DNA of 62,680 nucleotides, counting the filler, from Porpidia crustulata (taxonomy: Eukaryota): NCBI GenBank assembly GCA_964255105.1. It is 23 parts of 23 records of this genome, joined end to end, with 100 filler letters (N's around TTAATTAATTAA, not from the genome) between each part and the next. Parts side by side here need not be neighbours in the genome. Positions count along the whole stretch, not along the records: positions 60,174 to 62,680 come from CAXUWE010002424.1; 22 more parts are not named here. One strand, 5' to 3'. Numbering within the stretch: the stretch's first letter is position 1; every line of letters starts with the position of its first letter. The notes beneath the pieces are model-generated. The model did no database searches and was not told the origin of the DNA. It saw only the letters and a list, made by a program, of their open reading frames with translations. A program made the position numbers and the translations under genes. This document shows positions 61,706 through 62,680 of this stretch, piece by piece.

Positions 61706-62680
61706 GGTTGCGCGTAAAAGACGAGAGCGTGAAGAATCAGCAGGAGATGTTGGTGGATCAGGTATGGAATTGATGGCAATGGTGTTGATGTTGTTATTAG
61801 GAAGTTATCTAGGGGGTGGAACAGCAAAAATAGTAAAATTCTATTAGCGTCCCCAGCCCCATGTGGTGGAGATTGCCCCAAATTCCAACAGGAGAGGAGA
61901 CGGGGAGTTAGTTGTACGCTGCAACCAAATGAACCACTCCTTCTACTGTTCCTACTTCTACCCTCGAGGCTGAAAAAGTCTTCCCTGCTTATTCTGTCCG
62001 TACCTTGCAGACGAGCAGCCCTATCTTGATGCACTGTCGGACTAGTGCGACTTGGCGCATCTTCCCAGATACTCCCGCCACAAAAAAAAGCTTTTAGAAA
62101 TAGCAGTCCACCAGGCGAATCAAGGCGGACTTACACTACCTGCCTCCCGGAAGAAGACTCTTCAACGCAACAGGCAGGCGATGAATTGAGCTCACCGATG
62201 TACCCCAAACTTGCCCTCGGCAAGATGGGAACTGGTGGTAACGTTGTGCAGGCCTTGAACCTGATCCGGAGTCTTGCGATCTTTCCAGCTGCCCGTAAAA
62301 TTCTTTGCGGCAGGAAAACATTCAGGGCAGCTCAAGCCGAGACGGGGGGAAGCCACTTCAGGCTCCCACCTGCTACGCCCCTGTACTGTCCCATAATGCT
62401 CGCTCAATACTTCTCCGTGCTCCCTCTGTGCTCCCACTTTACTCCCTCGTCGCTCTCTCTCTAAAGCGACTCCGCTCCCTCATTACTCTCTCTAAAATTT
62501 TTAATCCCAAGTTTGGGTCGTATATAACACATATACTCTTATATATACACACATCCCTAACCGCTACATACCTGCCTCCTCGCAAACTTGCATTTTCTAG
62601 AGTCGTGCTTGGGATAGGTAATGGAGGGGGGAAGCCTTCACTGGGTCATTTGTGGACATGTTCAAAAGTGCGGGTTTTAG

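Overview
Eukaryotic DNA from a filamentous ascomycete (Pezizomycotina, judged from gene families and short GT-AG introns with CTRAC branch sites). It is not one locus: 23 unrelated contigs of 2700 down to about 2507 bp, sorted by decreasing length, are joined by 22 artificial 100-nt linkers (N44-TTAATTAATTAA-N44), so no synteny can be read across linkers. About 25 complete or truncated protein genes are recognisable: phosphoesterase, NOC3, NADP-glutamate dehydrogenase, FAD monooxygenase, 2OG-Fe(II) oxygenase, ThrRS-like C-terminus, NADPH oxidoreductase, quinolinate phosphoribosyltransferase (missed by the ORF track), RER1, enoyl-CoA hydratase, NmrA-like, NAD epimerase, F-box-like proteins, DUF4149, Mug190-like, Mrp49, Ssp120, TYW2, Nbp2, CTL transporter, Rab GTPase, RNA exonuclease, mitochondrial MDH, a dsRBD protein and a GPI-anchored protein. 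The standout is a tRNA-Pro(CGG) gene (8797-8956, minus strand). Besides a normal 34-nt anticodon-loop intron it carries a 54-nt insert in the T-arm with spliceosomal signals (GTGAGT...CTAAC...CAG), and removing both gives an intact 72-nt tRNA. Other notable items are a 3-nt microexon in Mrp49, an apparent F-box/Zn2Cys6/Som1-motif chimera, a bacterial-like epimerase and CC/GG-depleted degenerate DNA. All product calls come from motif recognition by eye; no database searches were run.
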